The notes: generated by a model not told the origin, from the sequence alone. Positions 1-22,485 are shown, counted from the stretch's first letter. The stretch: 64,000 nucleotides of DNA from the human T2T-CHM13v2.0 reference genome, Homo sapiens (GCF_009914755.1 NC_060929.1), one strand, 5' to 3'. A program made the numbers and translations.

Positions 1-210
1 TTAAAGTAATGTTATGTACAACATCTAGGCACAGTTTTCTTCTGCAGAAATTTATTGTTTCAGGCTTTTATGGTTTTTTCTATAACCACAATGGCATCTT
101 CAATGGTGTAATCTTTTCACATTTTGATGATATTCTATCAGCACTCTCTTCCATAGCACTGACAATACTTTCCATAGAGTACTATGTGTAGTGAGCCTTA
201 AAGTTCGTTG
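1..210 (-). mobile_element. Tigger2-like transposase fragment
   Basis: Minus strand reads FKAHYT.YSME.IV.AMEE...DYTIEDAIVVIEK, typical of pogo/Tigger transposase, and is degenerate. Confidence 0.7.
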
Positions 211-539
211 AGACCCCTGGTGTAGAGGCTGAATTCATTTTCACAATGATATAATTGGACAATATGATGAAAGTTACTAACTGTAATTAGCATTTAACTT
301 ATTAGCAACATTGTATTCTTTATTGAGCTGAACAAACAACTCGAAACATCTTATATTGCTTTAAAAATAATATATTTCTTATATCAGTCCAATATCTACT
401 AAAGAAGAACATTTTAGTGCCCAGATATAAGATATTTTAGAGTCAAAAATAGTGAGAGAAATTGAAGTAATCATGTTCTGCAACTGCCCAAATTGTTAAC
501 ATAAGTGCTTGTTAAACAGACAAAACCTTCTGCTTTCAG

Positions 540-2545
<2,006 letters not shown>

Positions 2546-2684
2546 CCCCAGAGCTTATCATTTTCTTTTTTTACAGTAGTCCTTACGCTGGATTTATTTA
2601 TCTTGAATTAACAGGCAAGCAGAGCTGCAGACCTTAATCTATAGTATATATTAAACAATTCAACTTTTTCTTGGAATGTCATGA

Positions 2685-3338
2685 TTTTATTTGCTTCTTG
2701 GGAGCACTTCCAGCATCACTAGTGGCACTTTGTATGGATCCCATGGTGTTATTCAAGATTTATGGGATTGCACCAAACACAGTGAAAAATACACTAGAAC
2801 CACAAGAGATCACTTTTACTGTAACATACAATTTACTGGAGAGATGAACTACTGAACTCATGCAGAGATGATTAGTGTCACATGGTATTATAAGCTGATA
2901 CTAGCAACACTTGAGCTCACCACAATGGCAACAGGATGTATCCACAAAATTATTACAACAGTATAGTATGTACTATAGTTAATTTTATGCAGTTATGATT
3001 TAATACTGCATCTTTATGTTTACATTTCTCTTGACTGTGAATGGCACCGTGTGTGGTCTGTAAGTACTTGTGTGTGCTAGTTTTGATAAATTTTAACTTT
3101 TATAATAGATTTATGTGTGTTTTATGGCAACGAATGATAAAATAACCTAATATCTGTATATATTTTATGCACTCATGACCTACCTAGCTTTTCTTAATTT
3201 TTTAATGTTTCTAGGCTACATGGTTCATCTGCAAGTTTTAAGATGGCCATAAATCTCCAAAAATTCCAATATATTTATTTTAAAAAATCCATACATAGAC
3301 CTTCACAGTTCAAACCCATGTTGTTCAAGGGTCAACTG
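2685..3338 (-). mobile_element. Tigger2-like DNA transposon 5' portion with TIR
   Basis: Ends ...caaacccatgttgttcaagggtcaactg followed by TA. Probably the same element as 1-210, separated by an L1. Confidence 0.8.
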
Positions 3339-3627
3339 TATATGTTTCCCTTTTTGAGAAACTGCCAAACTGCTTTTCAAAGTGATTGTCCCATTTTAGA
3401 TTTTCATCATCAATGCATGAGGGTTCCAGTTTCTCTACATCCTCATCAAATCTTGGTATTGTCTGCCTCTTTGATCATAGTAATTCTAGTGAGATCCCAT
3501 TTTAATTATACTATTAAATTATAGAATACTTGTACTATTAAGGATCTTAGAGTTTCAACACTCTCACTTCAGATTAGGCAACTAATCCTAAAAGGAGTAA
3601 ATGAACTTGCTCAAGGTCACTGAGAGA

Positions 3628-4160
3628 TTTAGTCAGAGTTCTTTCAGTTGCAAATGTTGGAAACCCAACTGAATGTGGCTTAAGCAAAAAGGAACTGACC
3701 CATGTAACTGGAAAGCACAAGGTGAAACCTGCATCAGGCACCAGTGGAAGCAGGAGCTCCAAGGACACCAACAGGCTTTTCTTCCATCTCTTGGCATAAT
3801 TTTCTCCTGCTTGATATATGCTTCTGCTGTGCAGTCTGGGAACATGTTTACTTCAGTTCCAGGTTAGTTCATCTGGGTTTATTAACCCTAGCATTAAGAT
3901 TACCCTCTTCCTGATATCACTGATTAAAGTCCAAGGGCTCATGAACCCTTGATTATATGGCCATCTCAGAACAAAGCATTATGGACAGGAGGATTGAATG
4001 TACTTATTCGCCAAACCCAGGTCATGTGCTCACTTCCTGGAGTTGGGGTAGAGTCTGCTCCTCTAAAACAACTTAGAGAGTGGAGAAAGGGTGGTTGCCC
4101 AAGGCAAAATCAGGGCACTGTTTCCAGAAGAAAGAGAAAGATGATAAGAAGGCAATGATG
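3628..4160. mobile_element. Old MaLR LTR (MLT1-like) remnant
   Basis: agtcagagttctttcagttgcaa...aaacccaact...ggcttaagcaaaaagg resembles MLT1K/L ends. Boundaries approximate. Confidence 0.5.
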
Positions 4161-5354
4161 GGACATTACTGGAGGTCCACTGTCTCCAGCTAGCTAGAAG
4201 TAGTCCTGGAACTAAAATCTAGTTTTCTATAAACCTCTGCTCAGTGCTCTTCCTATTGAATCAAGATGTTGCCTGTGGCATATAGATGTGATGTTAATGC
4301 TCATACAGCATCTTCACCTGGTTAAGGTGCCCAGTAATTGCAAACACATCAAAAATCCTGTCCTATTTGACAGGCTCAGGGAAAGTGGCCAGTTCAGGGG
4401 GCAACAGAGGCTGGAGACAAAGTCACAATTGGCCCCACCAATCAGCAGGGAAACCAAACTCTTGGTAACAAGCTTCTGAAGTAGGGAGAGCAAAGATGGT
4501 TTAGAAAGTGTCCACAGAGGTCATCTAGTCCACCCTCTCATTTTACAGCTAGGGAAACTGAGGCTCAGAGAGGAAAAGTCACTTGTCTAAAATCAGGCAG
4601 CTGAGTCAGGGACAGGGTTTAGTGGTTATGAACAAGGGGTTCAGTACTAAATAGGCCAGTGTTTAAATCTGACTCCACCCCTTACTAACTGTATGAGTTA
4701 GCACTAGTTCCCTAACTTCTTGGAACCTAGATGTCCTTTTCTGTGAAATGGAGAAGACATCATCTACCTTACAGGGTTCTGCAGATGATTTAGTGGCATA
4801 ACGTATGGGATGCATTTTGTACGTTGCCTGGCCCACAGTGTGCCTCCATTGGTGGTGCCTCCTGGTGGTACCAGGTCTCCTGGATCACACATCAATATTT
4901 TCTCAGCTCCCAAGACATTGGGACAAGAGGTAGTCCAGCCTGGTTTGGAGAAAAAGGGGTCCTGTTCATGCCTCTTCTGGTCATCATAGGAGAAAACAGT
5001 AAAATAATGAAAATCACCAACATTTGTAGAGCACCTTAGCTTTTAAAAATGTATGTGTGCACATACTCTTCCTGACATTCCTGACAACATTCTGAGGTGG
5101 GTGAGGCTGAACTTAACTGAATTTGTGAAGTTGAGGCTCCCAAGGGGAAGTGGCCCACTCAGATCTGATGGGGGTAAATGGTAGATCTCAGGAATAGAAC
5201 TCAGATCCTCTGACCCCACTCCTGTACTCTCCACCCAACACTGTGGTGGCCCCATATAAATATACACATTAGCAATTAAAGAAGGATCTTTGTTCAAACA
5301 ATGCTAGAATGTCAGTTTAGGAAGTGAAGCGGGAAATGTTGAGTTGAAAATTGG

Positions 5355-5628
5355 TCACTGTTTCAAGGTGCCAGTGGAGTTTGGAAAGAGGAGAGGTCTT
5401 GAGGCTGGATCAGCTCATGGAGGGCCTAGAAGGTCCCCACCAAAAATCCCACAAAGCCCAGGATGCTGATCAGGGCGTCCTTGGTGATGATGAGGGAGCT
5501 CATGCACTCTGAGTAGTAGGTAGTCATCTCCAGGAGGCACAGGATGATGAGGGGCAGGGTGCTGCTGCTCACCAAGCTCATCTGGGTAAGGACCATGCCC
5601 AGATGGGGGATGAGGATGGCCAGGGAAC
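5355..5628 (-). pseudogene. SLC36-like last coding exon remnant ([14 protein letters not shown]...[26 protein letters not shown]...NSTG)
   Basis: ORF 5426..5680 matches the PAT1 C-terminus ([32 protein letters not shown]...[18 protein letters not shown]). Acceptor ctgcag at 5629-5634, premature TAG at 5426-5428, likely ancestral TGA at 5355-5357. Confidence 0.93.
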
Positions 5629-5708
5629 CTGCAGTGGAAGAAGATAACCTGGTTTCCACTTGCCCCAGAGGGGAACACACTTACAATTAAAATCCGAGCA
5701 TGGCAGAA

Positions 5709-6805
5709 TATTGGGGGAACCTGCCCCCAGTATCTCAATGTAGGTTAGTTCTATTTTCCATAAGTGTCAGCTGGCTGAGAAATAAAGAGAGACAGTACAA
5801 AGAGAGGAATTTTACAGCTGGGCTGCCAGGGGTGACATCACATATCGGTAAGACCGTGATGCCCACCTAAGTCTCAGACCAGCAAGTTTTTATTAAGGGT
5901 TTCAAAAGGGGAGGGGGTGTAAGAACAAGGAGTAGGTACAAAGATCACATGCTTCAAAGTGCAAAAAGCAGAACCACTAATAAGGGTCTAACAAAGTTCA
6001 CATGCTTCTGAGGGAACAGGAAAAAGGGCAAAAGCAGAACCACTGATAAGGGTCCAACAAAGATCACAGGGCAAAGGGCAAAAGCAGAACCACTGATAAG
6101 GGTCTGTGTTCAGCAGTGCACGTATTGTCTTGATAAACATCTTAAACAACAGAAAACAGGGTCTGAGAGCAGAGAACTGGTCTTACCACAAATTTACCAG
6201 GGCTGCGTTTTCCCAACCCTAGTAAGCCTGAGGGTTCTGCGGGAGACCAGGGCTTATCTCAGTCCTTATCTCAACGGCACAAGACAAACATTCCCAGAGC
6301 GGCCATTTATAGACCTCCCCCCAGGAATGCATTTTTTTTTTTTTCCCCAGGGTATTAATATTAATATTCCTTGCTAGGAAAAGAATTTAGCGATATGTTT
6401 CCTACTTGCACCTCCGTTTATAGGCTCTGTGCAAGAAGAAAAATATGGCTCTTTTTGCCTGACCCTGCAGGCAGTCAGACCTTATGGTTGTGTTCCCTTG
6501 TTCCATAAAAATCACTATTATTCTGTTCTTTTTCAAGGTGCACTGATTTCATATTGTTCAAACACACGTTTTACAATCAATTTGTACAGTTAACACAATT
6601 ATCACAGTGGTCCTGAGGTGACGTACATCCTCAGCTTACAAAGATAACAGGATTAAGAGTTTATTAAAGACAGGCATAAAAAATTATAAAAGTATTATTT
6701 GAGAACTGAAAAATGTCCATAATAAGATGAAGTTGTCCCAATTTATGTTCCTCTGCTGCAGCTTCAGCCGGTCCCTCTGTTCAGGGTCCCTGACTTCCCG
6801 TAACA
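5709..6805 (-). mobile_element. Solo MER11 LTR (HERV-K11/HML-8)
   Basis: Minus strand starts tgttacgggaagtcagggaccc and ends gttcccccaata. 6-bp TSD gcagaa/gtagaa. Internal repeats of aaagcagaaccactgataagggtc. Confidence 0.88.
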
Positions 6806-6897
6806 GTAGAACATTTGAAAACATTTCATAGGAGCACTGAGGGGAATCTCCTTGTCTTGCTAATAACTCTCTATGGGGACAGAATCTTTTGGCAGGG

Positions 6898-8487
6898 TGT
6901 TAAAAGAAAAATCCAACATGTGTCCTTTCTAAAAAGGATGCAGGAGGGTAGGAGGCGTTGGACCCCAGTTATGTACACATCCAGATGGAATTCAACCTGT
7001 TTAACTAGGCCAAATTATACAACCACCTGCATTTGATTTGAGCTGTTTATATTGAGCCTGATCACCAACCTCCTGGAGAGTTCAGCTACACTGAACTGGA
7101 TTGATCATTGACTAAAGACATCCTACACCAATAACCTGCCATAATCAATCACAAAGTGTGCCAAAACTGGATGGATCATTGACTAGAGACATCCTACGCT
7201 GATAACCTGCCATCATCAATCATAAACTGTGCTAAAACCTTCCTGATGTGTAAACTTACTGTGGCGCTTATAAGCCTCTGCTTAAGCTTGCCTAGATGGA
7301 ACATAATTTAGCTGCTTTGCTAGATCTGTGTCTCTTGAATTGCAATTCCTAAGACCCTAATTAAAATGTGTTTTCTTTTGTTTGCCACTCTGCAGTGTTA
7401 GTTTTATTTCTTAGTTGACATTACATGGTGTCAGAAGTGGGATGCAAAGTGACTCCCTTCTGATCTCCTGTGCCACCATATACCCAAGAAAAAGTATCTG
7501 TGGGAACTCCTTGCATTTTATTGACTCCGAATGACCCCAAACTTCACTGGATAAGTCTTTTTGTGTCCTGAACCACCTTCTTACCCTAGCTGAGGTTCAG
7601 GCCTTTTTTTGGTTGTCCTCTGTTGCCAGCTTTTACAATAGATTTCTCCTTTTTTCTGGTGACCCTGGTTGCAAAGAATCTTTGTTTTGGTGATCAATCA
7701 TGGGGAGTTCCCATCCTAAGAGTGTGACTAATGACTTGTCCTATCCATGCCACATTTAAGGTTAAATCTAATGAAGGACTCTCAAGGACCTCTTCAGGAA
7801 CTTAGTCCCCTTGAACAAAGGCAGAACCCAGAGCTGCAACAAAGGACTTCCCTGGCCCCTTAGAAAATCTAAATGCCTTTGCTAAATAATTCAACTTGGT
7901 TACCAAAACCTACCAGCCTGGCTATTTCAACCTTTACCAGCTGATACGCATGCTTGCTGGTGAAGGACATGCTAACACGTGGATGGAAAAAGCTGACTAG
8001 TATAACCCTTTAAATGATTTCTCTAAGAGAAGAGTGACTGATCTTACTGATGTTCAAAAATTGGCAAAGATCTCCATAAACAAATCCCTGAAGTTTTCTA
8101 AAAAACTATTGACTGGAAAAACAAAATACAACAATGCACCTAAGAACCAGATGACCCAGTCTACAAATTCATTATAGACTACAGAAAATTTTAAGGCAAT
8201 ACTCTGGCTTTGGCAAAATAAATTACACAACCTCCCTTTGTAATTCAACTGTTATCAGTGGACTGGAAGAAGAACATGATAGTAAAGTGAAATCAACTCA
8301 ATTGGGCTACTGTGAAAACCTCTGACTTGCTTAATCTGTCCAAAAATCCCTCTAACACACCCCTGAAAGGGCAGCTGAGAAGAAAGCAATTCGTGCATTA
8401 GATCTTCAAATTCAAGCTGGTCAAGTAATGAACTGTCAAATGCAACAATTAAAAACTAAACCTGTTCCCACCCCAGACTGAACTCCC
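6898..8487 (+). mobile_element. ERV 5' LTR (6898-7420), tRNA-Leu PBS and degenerate gag-like internal sequence
   Basis: TG...CA LTR, PBS tggtgtcagaagtgggat at 7426-7443, and a capsid-like frame at 7809-8000 (P*TKAE...KDFP...TYQPG..NLYQLI.ML). Confidence 0.75.
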
Positions 8488-9083
<596 letters not shown>

Positions 9084-9616
9084 TAAAAAGGCCTTTGTTC
9101 CTAAATGTTCTCTGAACTCACTGGAAATTTAAAACTGAAGTTAACTAAAAATAAAAACCATTCTGTATTGGAAGCAGATTATATCTGAGGCAGACAGCTT
9201 TTCCCCAAGAGTCTGGGCCAAGCCAGTATATGATCATCCCACCACAGATAACAGTTCTGATGTATTTAGTGTATATTATCTTATAGGTACTCATGCAATG
9301 CTGCATATTATTGTGTTGTTGTTGTATATGCTTAATGAATATAAATGATACCACATTAGAATTTCATTCTGTTTCTTCCTTTTTTTTTTTGTTAGGCTCC
9401 ATTCATGTTGTTAGATTTACAGTTACTACTAAAACTAAGGATGGAAATGCCCTTTGGCCCAGATACACCACTTCCTCATATCCACCTTGAAGAAACCTTC
9501 CCACATTTCCTAAGTATGTGTATACAATAATATTCTTTGCAGCATTGTTTGTAACAGCAGAATATTGGAAACAAATTCAGTATTTTATAAGATTTTTTCA
9601 TTAAATTATAATATCA

Positions 9617-9979
<363 letters not shown>

Positions 9980-9994
9980 AAATTGCTTCTAAGT

Positions 9995-10153
9995 GGAGTT
10001 ATCATTCTGTGCATTGTAGAACGTTTAGCAGCATCCTTGGCCTGTACTTACTAGACGTCAGTAGCACACCTCCCTTATGTAACAATCAAAAAGTGTCTCC
10101 AGACATTGAAAAATGTCCTCCAGGGGTGGAGGAGGGACATTGAGAACCACTGG
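9995..10153. mobile_element. MER20 DNA transposon fragment
   Basis: gtgcattgtag...tttagcagcatcc...tgtctccagacattg...ttgagaaccactg. Confidence 0.7.
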
Positions 10154-11329
10154 CATAAATACAAGGGGAAGATAAATAAATAAATTCAGCTAGAGACCTT
10201 GCATGGACCACTGACAATCATTTCTTGTATTTGTATAGAACTTTGGAGTTCTTATGTACTTTAATTTTCTATAAACTATATTCATTGTAAAAAATGAGAA
10301 AATGTACACAAGCAAATGGAAAACAAACATATACATAATTCTACCAGCCAGAGATCAACTATTATCCCCCTAGCCCTAGACACACACATATTCACTTTTA
10401 CAAACAACCTTGCACTGTAATATTGTCCTACTACCTACCTTTCTCACTAATGATATCTCATTAGCTTTTTTTGATGTCACATTATAATATGTTAAAGCTT
10501 AATAGGGAGACAGAACAGAAATTTATTCTACTTTAGAGATGAGGTCATTGAGACTTAGTGAAGTTAAAAGAATTTCTAATATTCTATCTTGTTATCAACT
10601 CCCACTATCAACAGAAATTTGGAAAAGCAAATTTTAGAAAAAGGATGTGTAACAAGGCTAGTGAATAGGATTTTTTTTAAAAACACTCTTCTTTTAGTTT
10701 TTAGTTTTTTAAAAAAATATTTTCCTTTTTCGTTTTGGAAGAAACTAAAACTTTCTACCTAATAGCATTACAAACATGTTAAAGGGGATAAATGTGTACT
10801 GATCTTCCTTGGTTTTTCTTTTCAGGTTTGGGGCTATCTCACTCTGGTGTTTATGGGAGCGGGAGACAGGGAAAGGGGAGGGAGATTCTGCTTTTGTTGT
10901 GACTGTTACACTCTGGATGGGAACTGGCCTCCTTTTAATAGCACATTAACAACATTATTCTACCCAAAGGAAGACAGCTTCCCTTTGGCCTTAGCTGCCT
11001 TGTGAGTTTGGTGAACTCCCATCTCTGGCAATGTTCAACCTCTAAAATTCAACTCTAAAATCTTATGAAATATTTTTTGGAACCCTAGTTTCCGTAATTC
11101 CAAAACTACAAGCTTCTAGAATTCTGAGATTCTGGGACTCTAGCACAGAGTCTCTCAGTTGTTGTCCTGGTCTTTCTCTACAAAAGGCTATACTCTCAAG
11201 ACAGAATCAAACCCAAGAAGGCTTCCCACCTTCCCAGCATGCTGGGAGTTGAGGGACATGACTGTTTTTGATACTTCATGGTATTTCTAAAATTAATTTG
11301 GACAGCATGTGTGAACAAATGGAAAATTC

Positions 11330-12870
11330 ATCAGAGAGATGGAAATCATACAAAATAGTGAAATGGAAATGTGAGTAATAAAAAAATAGTAACAGAGACA
11401 AATAATTCATTAAAAATTTTTTTTTTTTTTAGAAACAAGGTCTCACTTTGTTCCCTAGGCTAGAGTACAGTGGCACAATTACAATGCACTGCGTCCTGGA
11501 ACTCCTGGGCTCAACTGATCCTCCCGCCTTAGCCTCCTAAGTAGCTAGGACTTCAGGTGCATGTCACCACGCCCATCTATTTTCATATATATATATTTTT
11601 AGAGACGGGGTCCTGCTGTGTTGCCCAGGCTTATCTTGAACTTCTGGCCCCAAGCAGTCCTTCTACCTTGGCCTCCCAAAGTGCTGGGATTACAGGCATG
11701 AGCCACCACTAAGAATTCTTTTGATAAAGTTATCAGTGGACTCAATGAAGACAAGGAAATAATCTGTGAACTTGATGATAGGTCAATAAAAATTATCCAA
11801 ACTGAAATATAAACAGAAAAAAAGAGTGAAAAAACTAGAACATCCAAGAGCTGTGGGACAATGTCAAACTGTTTAACATATGAGTAATTGGAATCCCAGA
11901 TGAAGAAGACAGAATGTGGCAAAAGAAATATTTGACTTTGAGAAGATGAGGTAAGAGGATCACTTGAGTTCAGAAGTTCAAGACCAGCCTGGGCGACACA
12001 GTGAGACTCCTCCATCTCTATTAAAAAATATAAAATAAATATTTGAAGAAAAAAAGAAATAATGGCCAAAAATTTTCAAAAAATAATAAAAGACATAAAA
12101 CTATAGATCAAAAAGTTCAGAGCCGAGTGCAGTGGTGTATGCCTGTAGTCCCAGCTACTTTGGAGGCTAAGGCAAGAGGATGTTTTGAGTTCAGGAGTTT
12201 GAGGCCAGCACAGGCAACATCATGAGACCTCGTCTAAAAAAAAAGTGCAGAGAAAAATACCAAAATAAAGAGGATAAGGACCAACACAATACACACACAC
12301 ACACCTGCCTAGACACATCATATTCAAACTGATGTAAATAAAAAATAAAGGGAAAACCTTGAAAGCAGCCAAGGGAAAAAGACATTTAGATACAGAGAAA
12401 CAGATATAAGAATTAAAGTTATCAGAAATTATGCAAATCAGAAGACATTGAAGTGATAGCTTGTCAGTGTTTACACAAAAACATTGTCAACCCAGAGAAA
12501 ATATCTTGCAAAAATGAAGGAGAAGTAAAGCCTTTTTTTAAAAAAACAAATGAAAACTAAGATAATTACTGGCAGATCTGTTCTATAAAAGTTAAATTCT
12601 TCAGGAAGAAGAAATATTATTCCAGACAGAAACTTACATCTATAAAAAGAAATGACAATCTTTGGAGATGGTTAAAGTATAAAAGATAGTTTTTCCTTAT
12701 TTTTAACTTTTAAAAAAATTGTTTTAGAGACAGGGTCTTGCTCTGTTGCTCAGGAGAGTAGTGGCACAGTCATAGCTCACTGCAACCTCAAACTCCTGGG
12801 TTCAAGCAATCCTCCTCCCTGGGCCTCTCAAAGCACTGGGATTACAGGTATGAGCCACTGTGCTCAGCCT
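11330..12870 (+). mobile_element. Old L1M ORF1-region fragment interrupted by AluJ (11418-11708, minus) and FLAM-like monomers
   Basis: A-rich L1 ORF1-type motifs (gaacttgatgataggtcaataaaaattatccaaactg; cctagacacatcatattcaaactg) plus Alu matches. Boundaries approximate. Confidence 0.7.
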
Positions 12871-12960
12871 GTTCTTCTTTATTTTAAATTGCTCTAAAAG
12901 AGATTTGATTAAAGCAGAGACAAGCAAACTATGGCCTATGGGCTGGTGTGTATGTATGCG

Positions 12961-13385
12961 TGAAAGATTCTCCCCGGGGCCTGAAAACTTGAAGGGATGA
13001 ATAACACCTTCCTTCTCAGGCCTAGTCCAAGGTGCAAGGCCCTTGCACCAGCAGCGTGCGTCAGCAAGATAGCAGAAGCAGGAAGAGAGCTGGCTGGAGG
13101 ACACCTACCCTGGCCGGAAGACACCTACCCTGGCCAGAAGACACGTACCCCTGAAGATCGAGAAAGAGTCCGTCTGGGTACTAGGTACCAGTCATGTCAG
13201 ACTGGGACACTTCCTGTTTACAGAGGACTATGAAACCCCTGTCCTGTCCTCACTTGGGGCTGATGCCATTTTAGGCCTCAGGCCGCCTGCACCCAGGAGC
13301 TCATTAAAACAGCATGTTGCTCCACACCACCTCGTGTTGTCTGTTGGTGCGCTCTTGGGGTTCGAACCGATACAAGAACCTTTCA
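12961..13385 (+). mobile_element. Solo LTR, probably LTR3 (HML-6)
   Basis: tgaaagattctccccggggcc...gatacaagaacctttca, 425 bp, TSD atgcg/atgtg, internal 20-nt repeat gacacctaccctggcc. Family name from memory. Confidence 0.65.
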
Positions 13386-13419
13386 ATGTGTATGTGTATG
13401 TGTGTGTGTATATATATAT

Positions 13420-16968
<3,549 letters not shown>

Positions 16969-17930
16969 ATTTAGTCCAAATTGGCTTAAGATAACTGGAA
17001 ATGGGCTATTAAGCTGTTGAGCAAGGGTGATGTGATCTTCACTAAGAAGGTATACAGGTTGATGTTGGCTAATTTCCACATTGGTACAAACATTGATGTC
17101 TCCATGCAAGAAAAAGGTGAAAGAGCAGGACAATCATTCACTTTTATTTATAGGTTTTTAATCTTCTTCATGAGACTGTACAAACCACTTGCCAATACAT
17201 ACAAAGTTCTGGTTCATTAAACACCATCCCAACAGACTGTGAACTGCTTTGAAAAGCAGAGTATGGCATTCAGAGTAAAGTCTTTTCTCCCATACTCCAT
17301 CCTCCTCGTCTGTTAAATCCTGGTAAATAAGGTCAGCAAAATTGGGGTCTTTGCCCCACCAAAATATTGACAATTCTCTTCTTCTAGGTATTTGATCTTG
17401 CTGCCAAACACCAGCTATATCTGTCTTAAGGCAGCGATTAAAGCTGTTCAAATTAGGGTCACCTTGAGTCGTGGGAAACATAATAGGGGCAGAAGTTGGG
17501 CCTTGCCATACATATCTTTTCCATTTAATCCCTGTCGAGTCAGCCAGGCAGAAGAGGTCATGGTGACCATCTTCCAGGCTGGCCTGGTTCATCATGAAGG
17601 AGGAATTCATCATCTCTCATAGTAGCTGCCACCAGCACCACAGCCACCATCTGCCATTACTGCCACCGCCAACCACAGATAAAAACGCTTGACACCGGGG
17701 AGGGTGAGAGGTGGGTGGTGGTTGGAGGAGTTGAGGAAAAGGAGGTTGCTGGGCCACCTGCCACCTCTACCCACCCCCTGCCACTGCCATGAGCAGCCAC
17801 TGTCACTTGGCTGGCACACAGCCACCTGGGCCTGAGGGCCAGAAGGGGAGGGCCATGCTGCACTCACCCAGCAGGCTGGACCGTGGAGCCAATGGATGGA
17901 CACCCGTATCTCTCGGAAGAAGAGAGGAGA
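16969..17930 (-). pseudogene. MED13: Processed pseudogene fragment of MED13 (5' UTR plus about the first 210 codons)
   Basis: ORF 17158..17613 resembles the MED13 N-terminus ([31 protein letters not shown]). It continues in another frame as [19 protein letters not shown]...FGLN with no introns. Probable true ATG at 17608-17610; the 5' limit of the GC-rich UTR is approximate. Confidence 0.92.
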
Positions 17931-18295
17931 TGTGTGGCCTTTTCACAGGAACAATAATAAATTACACAATAAATAATCAAAATTGGGTCAGAGTTGGCAA
18001 AGCCCAAGCCCTGGAAATTTCTCCCAGGTGGGGAGGTGCTTGCACAGGGTCAGGAAAGCTGAGAATGGGGAGAGAAGCCCAGGCCCCCAGCCTGGCAGTG
18101 GTAATGTCCTTAAGCCTATAGTCTCCTCAATGGTGGCAGAATTTGCAGACTCAGACCATTCTCTGGCTCCATCTTTGTGTTGTCTCTTGCTGAGCCAGCC
18201 TAACGTTGGCCCTCCTGCTGCCTCACTGCCTGGATACCATTTTATGAGCCAAGTAGGCGATGTTTTTTTCCTACTTTAATTGAAATTTATAGGTT

Positions 18296-18600
<305 letters not shown>

Positions 18601-18654
18601 GCTCTTCACTTTAATTGTGGCCACAGGGACCTGCTTGCCCTCTCTGGGGTAAAT

Positions 18655-18855
18655 TTTAACATTATATTTAACTTAACACAATATACCCCAAATATTACTC
18701 TTTCAATGTGTAACAATATAAAAACTATTAAAATATTTTACATGTTTTGTACTACAGTTTTAAAATCTAATATTTATTTTATACTTATGGCACGTCTCAA
18801 TTCAGATTAGTCACATTTCAAGCGCTCAATGTGGCTAGCAACTATATTAATGCAG
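18655..18855. mobile_element. MER33/MER3-like DNA transposon fragment
   Basis: tttaacttaacacaatataccccaaatatta...gcacgtctcaattcagattagtcacatttcaag. Confidence 0.6.
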
Positions 18856-19209
18856 GCATACAAGAAATATTATAGCATTAAGTGCTTATATTAGAAAAGA
18901 AAATAGGTCTCTAATCGATAATCTAAACTCTGATGTCAAGCAACTAGAAAAAAAAATTAACTCAAAGCAAGGTGAAGGGGAGAAAAAGAAGAAAAAATGC
19001 ACAAAATTGAAAACAGTGTAAAAACGATACAGGAAAATTAATAAACCAGAAAATTATTTGTTTGAAAAGATCAATAAAATCTACCAGACTATTCAAGAAA
19101 GAAAAGACAAGAAGACACAGATTACCAATATCAGAAATGAAAAATAGGACATCACTCTAGATCCTATTGACATTAAAAGGATAATAAGGAAATGTTAAAA
19201 AGAACCCTA

Positions 19210-19411
<202 letters not shown>

Positions 19412-19469
19412 TAGCTCAAGACCTAGCTAGATGACTTGGAAACATGTGCCTATCCAAGAGCAGTTATGA

Positions 19470-19929
<460 letters not shown>

Positions 19930-19932
19930 TGA

Positions 19933-21352
<1,420 letters not shown>

Positions 21353-22485
21353 TGATGAGAATGCCCTGACTCCAGGCAAGCTCCTTGCTCAGTAGGGATA
21401 GATGTGTTAGTCTTCTAGCATAGAAGCAAGGAATCAAAGATGGGGTTAAATGCATTTTTCCCAGACCCTGCTTAGGTCATCAGCCAAATGAGTGCAAAGT
21501 GTGTTTTCCCCACCAACTTAGCATCTTGGAAAGATGTGCTGGAGACTCTCTTGTTAAGAAGGTTCTGCCCTGGTGTGTAACCATAGTGTGCATGTGGGCA
21601 CATGTGCTTGAGCCTGTGTTAAAGAAATCAATTGTGGCACATAGTACCCCAACTCATTGCGCCAAATCTGATTCTCAGAAAACCTAGGTTGCTTTAACCA
21701 TTCTCTTTATGGCCGTGAGTGACAACATGAGTGAGTCATTGGTACCAGAATAATTTTGCCTGGAGGAACCTGTTAGTTGAGCCATCTTTCACTTGAAGCA
21801 TGTTTGAGAGGCCAAGGCCAGAATTTAAATTCCTTTTATGAATAGATTTCCCTTTCTTCCTGACCCCAAGGCCAGAGGAGACTATATATTCCATGGCTGC
21901 CTCTAAAACTAGGAATGGGGATATCTGAAAACAGCATTAAAGCCAGGATGGTCTCAATCTCCTGACCTCGTGATCCACCCACCTCGGCCTCCCAAAGTGC
22001 TGGGATTACAGGAGTGAGCCACCGCACCCGGCCCACAGTCTTTTTAGAAGTAAATATATTCAAGTTAAATGAGCAAATCCTTGCCACCCAAGTTGAGTAT
22101 GTACAGGAATACAAATCGGTAACCTGCAGCTGTTCCTCTTTGGGTTGTGACTCACTGGGCACCACTTGTCCTGGAAGCTGGCTGGCTGGAGGACACCTGA
22201 TCTGGTAATAAATACGGCAGCAGGGATAGGTGCCACAGCAGGATAGCAACGACAGCAGATCACTGTTTCCAGGCCGGGGGTGGAGTATTTCATTGTGAAA
22301 CTGACTCTAGAATGGTTCTATTTGGTCTGCAGTATTGTAGCCTCATTAGTTCACATTTGTCGTACAGCTTATGATGTTCACATTTGTCATACAGCTTGTG
22401 ATGAGTACTACTCTAGGATTGGCCAAAGATGGGCAAAATATATCACTCCAAACACTACTGATTCAGCATTGTTATCATGTCTTAA

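Noticed and set aside
7426-7443. tRNA gene
   Set aside because: Only an 18-nt retroviral primer-binding site complementary to tRNA-Leu.
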